This document shows positions 1-12,809 of a stretch of 64,000 nt of DNA, piece by piece (the first letter of the stretch is position 1; each line of letters begins with the position of its first letter). The notes under the pieces were generated by a model. It saw only the letters and a program-made list of their open reading frames with translations, made no database searches and had not been told where the DNA came from. Source of the stretch: Chiloscyllium plagiosum. Taxonomy: Eukaryota. The stretch spans positions 888,665-952,664 of the forward strand of contig NC_057751.1 of NCBI RefSeq assembly GCF_004010195.1, in the 5' to 3' direction. The translations under genes were made by a program, and so were the position numbers.

Positions 1-722
1 AGTGTTGCTGAACAAAGAGACCTTGGAGTGCAGGTTCATAGCTCCTTGAAAGTGGAGTCACAGGTAGATAGGATAGTGAAGAAAGTGTTTGGTATGCTTT
101 CTTTTATTGGTCAGAGTATTGAGTACAGGAGTTGGGAGGTCATGTTGCGGCTGTACAGGACATTGGTTAGGCCACTGTTGGAATATTGCATGAAATTCTG
201 GTCTCCTTCCTATTGCAAGATGTTGTGAAACTTGAAAGGATTCAGAAAAGTTTTACAAGAATGTTGCCAGGGTTGGAGGGTTTGAGCTACAGGGAGAGGC
301 TGAACAGGCTGGGGCTGTTTTCCCTGGAGCGTCAGAGGCTGAGGGGTGACCTTATAGAGGTTTACAAAATTATGAGGGCCATGGATAGGATAAATAGGCA
401 AAGTCTTTTCCCTGGGATGGTGGAGTCCAGAACTAGAGGGCATAGGTTTAGGGTGAGAGGGGAAAGATATAAAAGAGACCTAAGGGGCAACTTTTTCACA
501 GAGGGTGGTACATGTATGGAACGAGCTGCCAGAGGACGTGGTGGAGGCTGGTACAATTGCAACATTTAAGATGTATTTGGATGGGAATATGAATAGGAAG
601 GGTTTGGAGGGATGTTGACCGAGTGCTGGCAGGTGGGACGAGATTGGGTTGGGATATCAGGTCGGCATGGATGGGTTGGACCGAAGGGTCTGTTTCCATG
701 CTGTACATCTCTATGATTCTGT
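1..722 (+). mobile_element. CR1-clade LINE (HER1-like), ORF2 C-terminus plus 3' UTR and tail; begins before the window
   Basis: Peptides LYRTLVRPLLEYC and RLRGDLIEVYKIM...TRGHRFRV are typical of the CR1 ORF2 C-terminus. Ends in a ctatgattct tail. Frameshifted. Confidence 0.93.
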
Positions 723-1139
723 GACATAGGATGTTGGAAATCTGAACTCTCTCCCCCAAAAGGCCGGTTGCAAACTTCAAACTGGGAATTGATTGACTTT
801 AGTGAGAAAACAATTTTAAGGATTATTTAAATATGGTCTAATATTCATCTGAATTGTGAAACAGACTCAAGGTTCTGAATGGCCTCCTCCTGTTTCTAAA
901 TTCCAGATTTGCTGCACCAACCCATGAGGGAGGGATTAGGACTATATTCATTGGAAGTGCAATACAGTCAAGAAAGCACTGGCTACGAAGAAAATCTAAA
1001 CCCTTTGTATGAGCAGCCAGATGTTTTATCAGGGTATGTAATGTTACCTATGGCCAGGAAGTAACGTTCTTTCCTCTGAATATGCTGTTTGAGTTCTCAT
1101 TCAGGCCCTTCGGATATAATATAGCCCAGGGACCACAAA

Positions 1140-1255
1140 CCAGTGTTGAGGGAGCTGCAATGTCAGAGGTGTGTTTTTTTGATGAGATATTAACCCAGGT
1201 CTCATCAGGCTTCTCAGGCACCCTGTGGCACTATTTTCAAGAAGAACAGGGTGCC
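1140..1255 (+). mobile_element. Decayed Deu-domain SINE fragment (SacSINE1-like)
   Basis: cagtgttgagggagctgcaatgtcagaggtg...gatgagatattaa resembles the DeuSINE core as recalled. Related sequence at 30290-30410. Confidence 0.5.
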
Positions 1256-1267
1256 TGAGAGGCGTGA

Positions 1268-1383
1268 TGTCTCAAGTTTAACAGTTGCCACAGACTGCTA
1301 AAAAGGCATTAACAGCAGAGAAAGAGGTCACATGACTATGGCAAGCCAGCTAGTGGACTAAGTGTAATTGCATTTCTCCAACA
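1268..1383 (-). repeat. Candidate 3' LTR of the Gypsy element; polypurine tract at 1384-1393
   Basis: On the minus strand aaaagaggga is immediately followed by TGTTGGAGAAATG...ACTTGAGACA. Shares blocks with 5647-5753. Confidence 0.55.
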
Positions 1384-1424
1384 TCCCTCTTTTCATAAAG
1401 GAGCAGAAACAAAAACTTGTATAT

Positions 1425-1660
1425 TGTCGTGGATTGTCATCATTCAGCCAAGTGGACCTCCTAGAATCTGAGTTCCCTCTTTGGGGTTGTTCATCTGGTC
1501 TAACCAAGGAGCCCTCGCTGACAGATAGAAACAGGAGTGTCAGAGTTTCTGTTCACTCTGAAAGCTGCTCTGAGAGAGGTGGACTCAATGTCAAGGACTC
1601 ACCTCATGGAAATAAAGGGTGACTTAGTGATGAGATACCGGCCTGTGTGGAATTATTTCA
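1425..1660 (+). mobile_element. Solo LTR, family A (~230 bp), inserted inside the Gypsy 3' region
   Basis: TG...CA ends, AATAAA near 1611, homologous to 52521-52749 and to the reverse complement of 38850-39049. Flanks tatat/cgtat may be a decayed TSD. Confidence 0.75.
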
Positions 1661-3799
1661 CGTATCATTTACAATGGGAAGTTACACAAGTTGCCTAATG
1701 TACAAATCCGCAAAACTATCGTTTAATCCGGTCAGTTCCATTTTTGCACACATATTGCTGACATAGTTTTTAAATCATGCAGATCTTCTAATAGTACAAG
1801 AATGCATTGTTGTTGTTGGTAGTTCATCTGGTAAGTGCGTGTTCCAAGGACTGTCATTTCCATGGCAAATGCTGTTGCAGTGGGAAATGTTATTATTTCT
1901 TCCTGATCCGTTGGCTGCACTGAAGAAACAGCTTCTCTCGTAGCACATATATAATTGCAGTTGTGACTATATGTCTGCTCATATGATCAAAGTGACAACT
2001 GCTTGACACAAGTTGCCAAGTGGGCTGACTATTGTTGGAATGTTGAATATTTGCACTCTGACTGGCTCTCCAATGCTCAGTTCTGGCAATGAATTGGCTG
2101 TTTTATCAAGGTGAAATTCGGTTTCTGTCATTTCATCCTGAATTTTTCACTTGCACTTGTAACTCTCTCTGACTGCAGTAAATTTTGGTCTTGAAAGAGT
2201 AGTTTCGCTACAGCATGACATTACTCTTTGGACTGGACTACTTTCTTTGCCTTCAGGAACTCTGTTTCACCACTCAGGTTTGCCTTGCACAAGTCTCTGC
2301 TGGATTTGCTCAATCTTTCAATGACCCCTTTATGGTGCTGAATTTCCCAATCCTTTACGAAATGGCGCAATTATTTATTTGTGAATTCAGAGCAGTTGTC
2401 ACTTATCACAATACCTGTATGTGCTGTAACAACTGAAGTGTGCTTTCTGGTGGCTTATTATCAATCCCGCTGTGTATCGTTGATGTCAGGTGGTCTAACT
2501 TCAAGTAGTCAAAATAATAATGCTGACACAACAGTCAGTGATTGTGAGCATGGAGAGATCTATCCTAAGCTTCACCGATGGTCTGTCTGGGATGTCATGC
2601 ACCATAAGCAGCTTCTTTGCTGGTTGTTTTGAGTGTTGCACTGGTTGATGTGGTCCAAAGTGGTCATTGCTTCTGTTTGACCAGTGGAGCACTTCTCTTG
2701 GCTTTTTCAGATTCCACTCAGTTTCCATGATGGCTTCAGTGATGAGCTTCAGCATCTCTTTTCTCACCTCCTTTAAGGATAATGAATCTCTTTCCTTTGT
2801 ACAGATGCTATCTTGAACTATCACTTCATCTCTGGGTGATCATCCTATAGCTAGAGGTGGGTCCTTGATGTTTTTAGACTGTGCTTTCATGACTATTTCC
2901 CTCAGCACTTGAAGGGTTGCATCCTGTGTAGTTTTCTTGATATGAACAAGAAGGTTGTGTTTCCATTTCAATATCTCTGCTAGTTTGATGACTTCCAGGG
3001 CATGTCGAACTGCTTCTTTTCATTGAGTCTGGAAAATTTCACACTCGTCCTCACATCCTCAATTGTCTTCATAAAGAGTCCTGTTTTTGACAACGTGTCT
3101 GTGATCTGCATCTGTTTCTTTTCTTGTGGTTCACGCCCTGATGATATCTCAGCAAACAAAATAACATTCTTTACCGACACTTTGGAGCAGAGAGAGGCAG
3201 TTGGAGGAATATGTCTTGAAGTGACTTATAGACAGACTCCACACTCGCTTTGTCTCTCCAAAACATGCTTGGATTAAAATGCTTGCAAGTAAAGAGAATA
3301 GCCAGGCATCCTTCCCCTGTCAGCATCTGCAGTCATTGTTTTTACCTAGGCATCCTTCCCCTGTCTGAGTGTAGCATTGTTCCATTTATGTTAATGCCCT
3401 GGATACAAATGCCAACTGGTTGTCCTGGCTACATGAAGGGTGCTCAAAGTGCAATGTTTCTATCATCATGCTGCAATACATGCAGTGTAATACCTCAGCA
3501 CTGGCGTTGTCATGACTACTTTGATTCTAATGAGGCTGCTTCATGTTCTGTACATCAATACCACTGCACATTCTTACTGGTGAACCTACATAGAGCTTCA
3601 CATTCTGATAACCAAATGGATAAGGAGTTAACAAACAGTTTGGTGAGCTGTTTCTAGCAGTTACATTACATTTTGATTGAAGCTTCATCCACTGTGTCTC
3701 TACCCATAGATGAGCAGATCATCTACAATACATTCCACTCTGGGAGGATCACTGAATATCTTGTGCTCTCTGATTTAATACTTTTCCTGAAATGCCAAA

Positions 3800-3876
3800 C
3801 AAAGTGAGCGTCCACCTATATCTCCCAAAGTGAGCGTCCACCTATATCTCCCAAATGAGCGTCCACCTATATCTCC
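3800..3876. repeat. Tandem triplication of a 25-26 bp unit inside the Gypsy RT
   Basis: caaagtgagcgtccacctatatctcc x2 plus a third copy lacking one G. Confidence 0.95.
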
Positions 3877-5646
3877 CAAATGAAGTCCAAAATGCTGAAA
3901 GTATAATATTGCTACCTTCATCCAGCTTCATGCCCAATAAGCATCTTTCACTCAAGGGTTGTTTGTCTTGGAAAATTATGGTAATTTTTCTTCAAATGTT
4001 GGCCTGGATAGTGAGATCTCTTCAAAGTTTTCATTGAGATCCTTTAGAGCTTTGCATACTCATGGTTTTCCATGTTTTTTTCATTGCTGTCATGCCACCA
4101 ATCCAGTGTGTTGGAGTGGTCTTTTTTTTTGTTGTTGACTCTCTTCCTTTCCAGCACCTGATATTTAAACCCTCAGGCAGGTCCTGAGAGCAGCTAGGCA
4201 TCTCCTCAGGCAGGTCCTGAGTTGATCTCACATTCTCTAATATTGGGAGGTGATATTCAACAGGAATACACCTGCCAAAACTTATCAATCGCCTAGTCCT
4301 GTGAAGTTCCTGGAATCTGTTGAGGAATCAATGGCTTAACGTTCTGCAAATTATTTCGGGTTGCTAGTCAAAGCTGTAGACTTGCTTTAACTGAGATGAG
4401 TAGCTATTCTTAATATCTACCATCTAGATCCCCAAATCTTTGTTCGTCCAATTGCATTGTGCTCTCAGCTTCATTTTTCTTGTTGGCATGAGTATCATTC
4501 CTCATATTGCGTCAACCTTATTTTGGAGGGCTTCAGTTTTGGGTCTTGATTTTGAGCCACTTTGCATTACTCTGGGAAGCTCATGATGTTGCGTGAAGCA
4601 TCAGTGACTATCTGACACTTCACATTCACTTGATGCTCTTCTTCTGTCATCATCATTCCAATAGTCCCATTTTTAAACGTTACTTTGCCAACCTGTTGTA
4701 TGGTGCAGGCAGATTCAGCAGGAGCATTGGCTGTCACCTTTGCAGCAGCCATTTTTATTGCCTTGTTGTACTTCTTTCTCATTAAATACTTGTATGGAAA
4801 TTGATTTAGCTGCTTGTAGTTGGAGACTGTTTCCCCCGAGTTAGACATGCCTTAATTTCTTCCCTAAGTCCTCCACCATATTTACATCCTGTGCTCTGCT
4901 CTTGACGTTTCTCCTAGCTCTTCTGAAAATATGTCTTCCTTTTTTTCTGACATGCATTTCTCATTCAACCTGCAATATCTTTCAGCGTAATGCAAAGCCA
5001 TTAATGTTCTCCCATTAATATGCTCCAGCTGCTGATTGACTAGCTCCTAATTTTTACACGTGGCAATAGCTTTCTTGAGTATAAGCTTCTCCATCTCTCA
5101 ATAAAGGTGCTCTCACAACAATATCTCATGTGCCCAAGACAATTCTATGCCTGATGAGATCATCTTACAGTTGTCCAAACTCATAGGATTCAAGTACACT
5201 GACCAGCGTGGTCACGTATTGATCAGTGGTCTCCTCTCCCCCAGGCTCTGATGTTGAATATATAACTTAAGAAGTGATGTTAATATGGGGCTCAAAATGT
5301 GTCTTCAAGGTTTTTTCTGCAGTCTGGCCATTCTGTTCCTCAGTAAAATCTAAGCTGCAATACAATTTGTAGCATTCTTTTCCCAGCACTGATTGCAATG
5401 TTCATCAGATTTTTAATTAATACTGTAGCTGTTTCATAATTGCGTCATTGCTAATGGAAAATAAATCCAATTCTGATTCATTATCTCCTTTCCTTTCCAA
5501 AGAAACCATGGAGTGGAAAATGCACAGCTATTTTGACTCCCCCAGTAATTCAAAGTTGCAGATTGCTGTTTTTGTTTACTTCTTTCTGTCTCTTTCAGCA
5601 GCTCTTAGAGTTTTTGAAAATCCAAACATTTTCATTGCTGATACCG

Positions 5647-5753
5647 TGTTTCAAGTCTGTCATGGCTAACGCTGAATAAACACAAAGGTACAAGCTGCTC
5701 AGGTAGAAACCACATGACAGTAGTAAGTCAGCCAGGTCACATTTCTCCAGACA
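5647..5753 (-). repeat. Candidate 5' LTR of the Gypsy element, followed by a decayed PBS (~5633-5646)
   Basis: Minus strand TGTCTGGAGAAATG...GTCATGTG...ACTTGAAACA, then cggtatcagcaatg, which resembles a TGGTGTCAGAAGTG-type primer-binding site. Confidence 0.5.
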
Positions 5754-7776
5754 TCGCTGGTGTCCAAGCCAATACTTACCCCAAGCAACATCACAAAAAC
5801 TACAAGACTTAATTATTGCTTCTGTACGTATTTGGCTGGTGCATTGCCGACATTTCAACAGTGACAAAAGCTTCAAAAGTGCCTCAGTGACTCTTGGCTG
5901 TTGTGTGACCTTTCAGTCTGTACTTTTGATGTATTCGACATAACAGCAGCATAAATGAATCTTGTCTGAGCTTGTTGGAAGCCCCTCAGATTTATTAAAT
6001 GTTACTGCAAAGGTTAGAAACAGAGGTGTTAACTTCTACCAGTCATGACAGGCATAAACGTCTGAGTGTGGTATAATGATGAAGGATTTCATAATCTAAT
6101 CGGCCGGCTATATACAAAGCCTGTTGCTTGGTCTGGGCTTGACAAGGCTCATTGCTTTTGATAGTTGGCAGGGTTTGTTGAATTGATTTGAAATTCCAGT
6201 CTGACAGTGGGTATCAGTGCCCAAGGTGAAGATGATGAAGGCTGAAAGTGTTTGTTGGAAAACAAAATGGTTCTGAAGTGCTACATGTTACAATAGTTCT
6301 GGCCGTTCAACTGATAACACACAGTCTGCTGGTGAAGCCAAAGTGTCCAACTCAAGCTTTCAGAGGGAGCAAATGTATCTGTGCCAGCTTTCTAAAATAC
6401 TCCTTATTATGCCTGACCAAATGCAGTTATACTTGTACAATCCTGAAACTTCTTGTTCCCTCAGAACAGTCCTCTTCCGTAGATAATCTGCAGAGGTGTA
6501 TCCTTTACTGCTAATGACTAGTTAAGGCAGGATAATAGAGAATTGGAGGCCAGGAACTATCACAAATCTCCCTTATCCAGTACTGCATTGTGGTCGAGGT
6601 GCCAACAGTAATGATTTGGGAAATGATCACGGTGATGCCACCAAAGCTGCTTCTCTCTTGACAAAGAACAGAGATGCCTGGGATTTCAGGAGGCATAGAG
6701 ATTCACATTAGTTCCCTGTGGAAAAGTTTCATTGCTCAAAGGAATAGAGTTGCAACAGTTCCCATCTTTAGTATGGGAGGGAATACAACATAATTATAAT
6801 CACAGAATATAATCATGAAGAGGATCTGGAAATGGTGCTTGAACTCAACCTTCAAACTCAGCAGGGAAACACCGAACAACTCAGCCGAGGTCAACACTTG
6901 AAGCAGTGGACAACGAATGATGTGCAAGAGATTGTGCAGGAAGATTGGAGCAGTGGATTCAAGACACAATATTTAAGCAAAAAAGGTTCTTAAGGTACGT
7001 AAGAGAAATAATATTGCATTGCTTTGACATTTGCAAGCCCAGTAATTGTCTTCTAGACTCATCACTCAGAACTGGGGAATGGAATTGGTCTTACAAACCA
7101 ATTCTTGCAAACAAGTCGACAAAGAAAAGTCATCGGGTATGGTATAAAACATTGTTTATTTTTAAATTTTCTTTAAATGTTTTTATTTATTAGTTATAGA
7201 AATCATGGAATGGGGGAAATGATGATTGTTGAAGGCAGGTCAATTCTTTTAACATCCAGGAATATATTAAACCAGAATTTGCAACTCCGATGTTCAGGTA
7301 TGACAGACATTTTGAAAATAACCTGCAAATCTAGCATCTGTGTTGAATTAAGACTTAACATCTGTCCATGTTTCCTGCCTAAAATTATCCTTGAGCCTAA
7401 TGGCTGTTATATGGAAGAGGTCAAGAGTCCAAACCCCAAACAGGGTGCTCTGAAAAGTTGAACTGATTAAATCTATTCATTAATAGGCTGGCACCAGATA
7501 AAATGGTCAACAAAAGCTGTTGGACCATTATAAAGAATCCTTACCATGTCTGTGTCCCTCTGGAGCTGTAGTCCCATACCAAGCTGATGACTCTTTCTAT
7601 CATTGAGGCAACTTGAGAGAGGTAATAAATAATCTGCTCATATCTACGGAACAAGTCAAAAATATCACTTCCTCTTAGCTCAGTTCTCTGCTTCTCATAG
7701 AGTCATAGAGATGTACAGCACGGAAACAGACCCTTTGGTCCAACCCGTCCATACCAACCAGATATCCCAACCCAAT

Positions 7777-10083
7777 CTAATCCCACCTGCCAGCACCTGG
7801 CCCGTATCCCTCCAAACCCTTCCTCTGCACATACCCATCCAAATGCCTTTTAAATGTTGAAATTGTATCAGCCTCCACCACATCCTCTGGCAGCTCATTC
7901 CTTACACATACCACACTCTGTGTGAAAAAGTTGCCCCTTAGGTCTCTTTTATATCTTTCCCCTCTCATCCTAAACCTATGCCCTATAGTTCTGGACTCCC
8001 CGACCCCAGGGAAGAGACTTTGTCTATTTACCCTATCCATGCCCCCTCATGATTTTGTAAACCTCTATAAGGTCACTCCTCAACCTCCGATGCTGCAGGG
8101 AAAACAGCCCCAGCCTGTTCAGCCTCTCCCTGTAGCTCAAATCCTCCAACCCTGGCAACATTCTTGTAAATCTTTTCTGAACCTTTTCAAGTTTCACAAC
8201 ATCTTTCCGATAGGAAGGAGACCAGAATTGCACACGATATTCCAACAGTGGCCTAACCAATGTCCTGTACAGCCGCAAGGTGACCTCCCAACTCCTGTAC
8301 TCAATACTNNNNNNNNNNNNNNNNNNNNNNNNNNNNNNNCCTAGGACCTTACCATTAAGTGTATAAGTCCCACTAAGATTTGCTTTCCCAAATACAGCAT
8401 CTTGCATTTATCTGAATTAAACTCCATCTGCCACTTCTCAGCCCATTGGCCCATCTGGTCCAGATCCTGTTGTAATCTGAGATAACCCTCTTCGCTGTCC
8501 ACTACACCTCCAATTTTGGTGTCATCTGCAAACTTACTAACTGGACCTCTTATGCTCACATCCAAATCATTTATGTAAATGACAAAATGTAGTGGACCCA
8601 GCACCGATCCTTGTGGCAATCCACTGGTCACAGGCTTCCAGTCTGAAAAACAACCCCCCACTAGTACCACCACCCTCTGTCTTCTACCTTTGAGCCAGTT
8701 CTGTATCTAAATGGCTAGTCCCCCCTGTATTCCATGAGATCTAACCTTGCTAACCAGTCTCCCATGGGGAAACTTGTCGAATGCCTTACTGAAGTCCATA
8801 TAGATCACATCTACTGCCCTGCCCTCATCAATCTTCTTTGTTACTTCTTCAAAAAACTCAATCAAGTTTGTGAGACATGATTTCCCATGCACAAAGCCAT
8901 GTTGACTATCCCTAATCAGTCCTTGCCTTTCCAAATATATGTACGTCCTATCCCTCAGGATTCCCTTCAACAACTTGCCCACCACCAATGTCAAGGTCAC
9001 TGATCTATAGTTCCCTGGCTTGTCATTACCACCCTTCTTAAACAGTGGCACCACGTTTGCCAACCTCCAGTCTTCCAGCACCTCACCTGTGACTATTGAT
9101 GATACAAATATCTCAGCAAGTGGCCCAGCAATCACTCCCCTAGCTTCCCACAGAGTTCTAGGGTACACCTGATCAGGTCCTGGGGATTTATCCTCCTTTA
9201 TACGTTTCAATACATCCAGCACTGCCTCCTCTGTAATCTGGACGTTTTGCAAGGTGTCACCATCTATTTCCCTGCAGTTTATATCTTCCATATCCTTTTC
9301 CACAGTAAATACTGATGCAAAATACTCATTTAGTATCTCCCCCATTTTCTGCAGCTCCACTGAAAGGCTGCCTTGCTGATCTTTGAGGGGCCATATTCTC
9401 TCCCTAGTTACCCTTTTGTCATTAATATTTTTGTAAAAACCCTTTGGATTCTCCTTAATTCTATTTGCCAATGCTATCTCATGTCCCCGTTTTGCCCTCC
9501 TGATTTCCCTCTTAAGTATACTCCTACTTTCTTTATACTCTTCTAAGGATTCACACGATCTATCCTGTCTATACCTGGCATATATTTCCTTCTTTTTCTT
9601 AACCAAACTCTCAATTTCTTTAGTCATCCAGCATGCCCTATACCTACCAGCCTTTCCTTTCACCCTGACAGGAATATACTTTTTCTGGATTCTTGTTATC
9701 TCATTTCTGAAGGCTTCCCATTTTCCAGCCGTCCCTTTACCTGCGAACATCTGCCCCCAATCAGCTTTTGAAAGTTGTTGCCTTATACCGTCAAAATTAG
9801 CCTTTCTCCAATTTAGAACTTCAACTCTTAGATCTGGTCTATCCTTTTCCATTATTATTTTAAATCTAATAGAATTATGGTTGCTGGCCCCAAAGTGCTC
9901 CCTGACCAACACCTCAGTCACCTGCCCTGCCTTATTTCCCAAGAGTAGGTCAAGTTTTGCACCTTCTCTCGTAGGTACGTCCACATACTGAATCAGAAAA
10001 TTGTCTTGTACACACTTAACAAATTCCCCTCCATCTAAACCCTAAACACTATGACAGTCCCAGTCTATGTTTGGAAAGTTAAA
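7777..10083 (-). pseudogene. CR1 ORF2 (APE endonuclease end plus reverse transcriptase), broken by a stop at 8707-8709 and frameshifts
   Basis: ORF pieces 8707-9984 (425 aa; KSPGPD, NYRSVTLT, SQHGF, YMDFSKAFD), 8341-8673, 8033-8407 and 7777-8040. Confidence 0.92.
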
Positions 10084-10554
10084 NNNNNNNNNNNNNNNNN
10101 NNNNNNNNNNNNNNNNNNNNNNNNNNNNNNNNNNNNNNNNNNNNNNNNNNNNNNNNNNNNNNNNNNNNNNNNNNNNNNNNNNNNNNNNNNNNNNNNNNNN
10201 NNNNNNNNNNNNNNNNNNNNNNNNNNNNNNNNNNNNNNNNNNNNNNNNNNNNNNNNNNNNNNNNNNNNNNNNNNNNNNNNNNNNNNNNNNNNNNNNNNNN
10301 NNNNNNNNNNNNNNNNNNNNNNNNNNNNNNNNNNNNNNNNNNNNNNNNNNNNNNNNNNNNNNNNNNNNNNNNNNNNNNNNNNNNNNNNNNNNNNNNNNNN
10401 NNNNNNNNNNNNNNNNNNNNNNNNNNNNNNNNNNNNNNNNNNNNNNNNNNNNNNNNNNNNNNNNNNNNNNNNNNNNNNNNNNNNNNNNNNNNNNNNNNNN
10501 NNNNNNNNNNNNNNNNNNNNNNNNNNNNNNNNNNNNNNNNNNNNNNNNNNNNNN

Positions 10555-11275
10555 AACTCTCTGTAATCTCCCTTCAGAATCTCAACCTTTTCCCTTCCAA
10601 TGTCGTTGGTTCCAATGTGGACAATGACCTCCTGCTGGCTCCTCTCCCCCGTGAGAACATTCTGCCCCCTCTCTGAGACATCCTTGATCCTGGCACCAGG
10701 GAAACAACACACCATTCTGCTTTTTCTCTGCTGGCCACAGAAACGTCTATCTGTACCTTGGACTAGAGAATCCCCTAACACAATTGATCTCTTGGAAGCC
10801 GACGTACCTCTCGTTGCATTAGAGCCAGTCTCAATACCAGAAGCTTGGCTGTTTGTGCTACGTTCCCCTGCGAATCCATCACCCCCTACATTTTCCAAAA
10901 CAGCATACCTGTTTGAAATGGGTATAGCTACAGAACACACCTGCACTAGCTGCCTACCTCTCTTACCTTTCCTCGAGTTAACCCACTTATGTGACTGTAT
11001 CTGAGACTTCCCCCCCACTTCCTATAACTGCCATCCATCACATACTGTTGCTGTTGCAAATTCCTCATTGCTTCTAACTGTCTCTCCAAAGGATCCATTC
11101 GATCTGATAAGATTTGCAACCAACAGCATTTATTGCAGATATAATCCGCAGTAACCCTTAAACTCTCTTTAAACTCCCACATCTGACAACAAGCACAAAT
11201 CACTGTGCTAAAGGCCATTTTTGCTCCTTCACAATCTATAGACCCTACAGACCGTCTTATTCCTCTACAAAACAC
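10555..11275 (-). pseudogene. CR1 ORF1: N-terminal Cys cluster plus SGNH esterase-like domain, frameshifted
   Basis: CACC...CNKC in 10946-11275; IVLGDS...CFPGA...HIGTND (SGNH blocks I-III) in 10555-11018. Confidence 0.9.
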
Positions 11276-11879
11276 TGCCCCAGGTTAAATTAATAGTTAC
11301 GGCTTATATTTTAAGTTTAATCAAGAGACATACCTCAAGAAACATATAATCAAGAAAGAACCCACTCTTCTATTACTGCAGACTTTCTATCGGCCACTTA
11401 AAACAAATAACTTATCTGTTTCTGTGCTGTGAACTTCTCCTAAACAGTTCCTCCAAGATTAGTTGTGAATTTCACTGTTCATTAATTTTCCCAGATGCAC
11501 TCCGATGTCCAGCCATACATGAGTTCCATTTGTTGTAAATGTAGCTGCTCAACTGTAAGCAATATCAAATAAAAGAAATGCTTTCAGAAATGGCTAAATC
11601 CATGGCTAGAACATTGAAGGAGTTAATAGCTCAGTATATTGTGGATATACAGGTGCGTAAGCTTGGCTTGGAAATGCCTCATATTCTTTGACCACCTGGT
11701 GAATGTTCCAGGTAACTTACTGCAGTTGATTGAAACAAGTGGACATCATAACAAGAATTTCGAATACAAAAGAAGACTTGTATTCCTGGTACTTTTAACA
11801 TTATGAAGCCTCATATTATGATTGACAAATGTGTAAACTGAGAAAATTTGACATATAGCAATGTAAACAAATGGTCAAT

Positions 11880-12690
11880 ATGGCGATCAATTTGAATGAG
11901 ACATTTAAAGGAGAGAGAGGGTTTGGGAGCTGAGAGAAAAGGCAGTCAAAAGCAGGGTTGCTAGTGGTTGAGCAATGGAACTTGGTGGATGTGCATGAGA
12001 CCAGAATTGAAGGAACACAAAGGTCTAAGAGAGTCGTGGATTTGGAAGCAGTGCGGGATTCAATGCTTTGGAGGAATTTTGCAAACAAGAAAGAGAATTT
12101 TGAAATTGTGGCTTGGGAGCCAATGTAACTCAGTAGATGCCAATATCATGGGGGGAGAAATGGACAGCAGACATTTGGACAAGCCAACATGTGCAGAGGC
12201 TGGAAATAGGAGGTTATTTGGAAGAGCACTAATTTGGTCAAGTCTGAGGTAAAATGACATAATAAGAGCTTGGGTTTCACATGTCAAAGCTTCAAACTTG
12301 GAGATGAAATAAGATTTTCTTGGGAAATTGGATAACAAGTGGTTCAATGTCGCACAATACAGCATGAGAGGATTAACGGTTGTTTGAGTTGCTTGAGAAA
12401 CTAGCAATTGGCCTATTGAGCAGGTAGTATCGAACAGTTTTTCGTTTGACGAAGACCAGTGGTACTTGAACAAATCTTTCCAACCAATAGAAATAAGTCT
12501 CTGGATGGTGTTTACACAGCTGGAAAAAATGTGATGTCTGCTTTTGCTGTGTATCTGAGAGGAGGATGACCAACTCAGCTGCTGGGCCTTGATTCTTTGT
12601 ACTGTGGAGCTATTTTGGTGCATGGCTAGAGAAGCTGTTGGAATGTGATAAAATGGATCCCAGTCTATAGACTGAGCTGGGTCATGTACG
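11880..12690 (-). mobile_element. Highly decayed L2-like LINE fragment
   Basis: Minus-strand frame 12060-12623 loosely resembles the L2 ORF2 linker. Composition similar to 52390-53200. No catalytic motif recognised. Confidence 0.35.
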
Positions 12691-12809
12691 AGCCAACAGT
12701 TTTGGACTTCATCCAGTGGTCAGATACATTCAGCTCAATGTTACTAAAGGTTGATAGTCCCAGTACACTATTCAAGGGATTGCTATACAGTGAGTATTGA
12801 GGGACCACT

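Larger units (their letters stand above)
1268..5753 (-). mobile_element. Decayed full-length Ty3/Gypsy LTR retrotransposon (gag-PR-RT-RNaseH-IN)
   Basis: Minus-strand remnants in Gypsy order: gag-like GKECYKLY...HFEP...DQYVT...DDLIRHRIVLG (~5100-5390); protease-like VKCQIVTDASRNIMS (~4580-4625); RT-like KDLN...KDAYW...FWTSFGRYRW (~3860-4060); integrase-like EMLK...REVLHW...HDIPDRP (2501-2824). Many stops and frameshifts. Confidence 0.85.
7695..11520 (-). mobile_element. Near-full-length CR1 LINE (5' UTR, ORF1, ORF2, 3' tail), inactivated, spanning two gaps
   Basis: 3' tail (ctatgact)n at ~7695-7710; RT motifs GLPQGSVLGP, YINDLD, KFADD; endonuclease end LDLLLGN...HFGASNH; ORF1 motifs upstream. 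5' boundary approximate. Confidence 0.93.

Noticed and set aside
1425..1660. 3' LTR of the adjacent Gypsy element
   Set aside because: Opposite orientation, no partner at the gag end, and other solo copies occur elsewhere in the window.
6772..6993. Open frame EYNIIIITEYNHEEDLEMV...KKGS followed by ggtacgtaag
   Set aside because: About 73 codons, bounded by stops, with no convincing acceptor and no recognisable family.
8707..9984. Intact or domesticated reverse transcriptase gene
   Set aside because: Ends at a premature stop before the catalytic motif, and downstream pieces are frameshifted.
10051..10627. Long ORFs crossing the N-run (also 33350-33922)
   Set aside because: Artefacts of assembly gaps.
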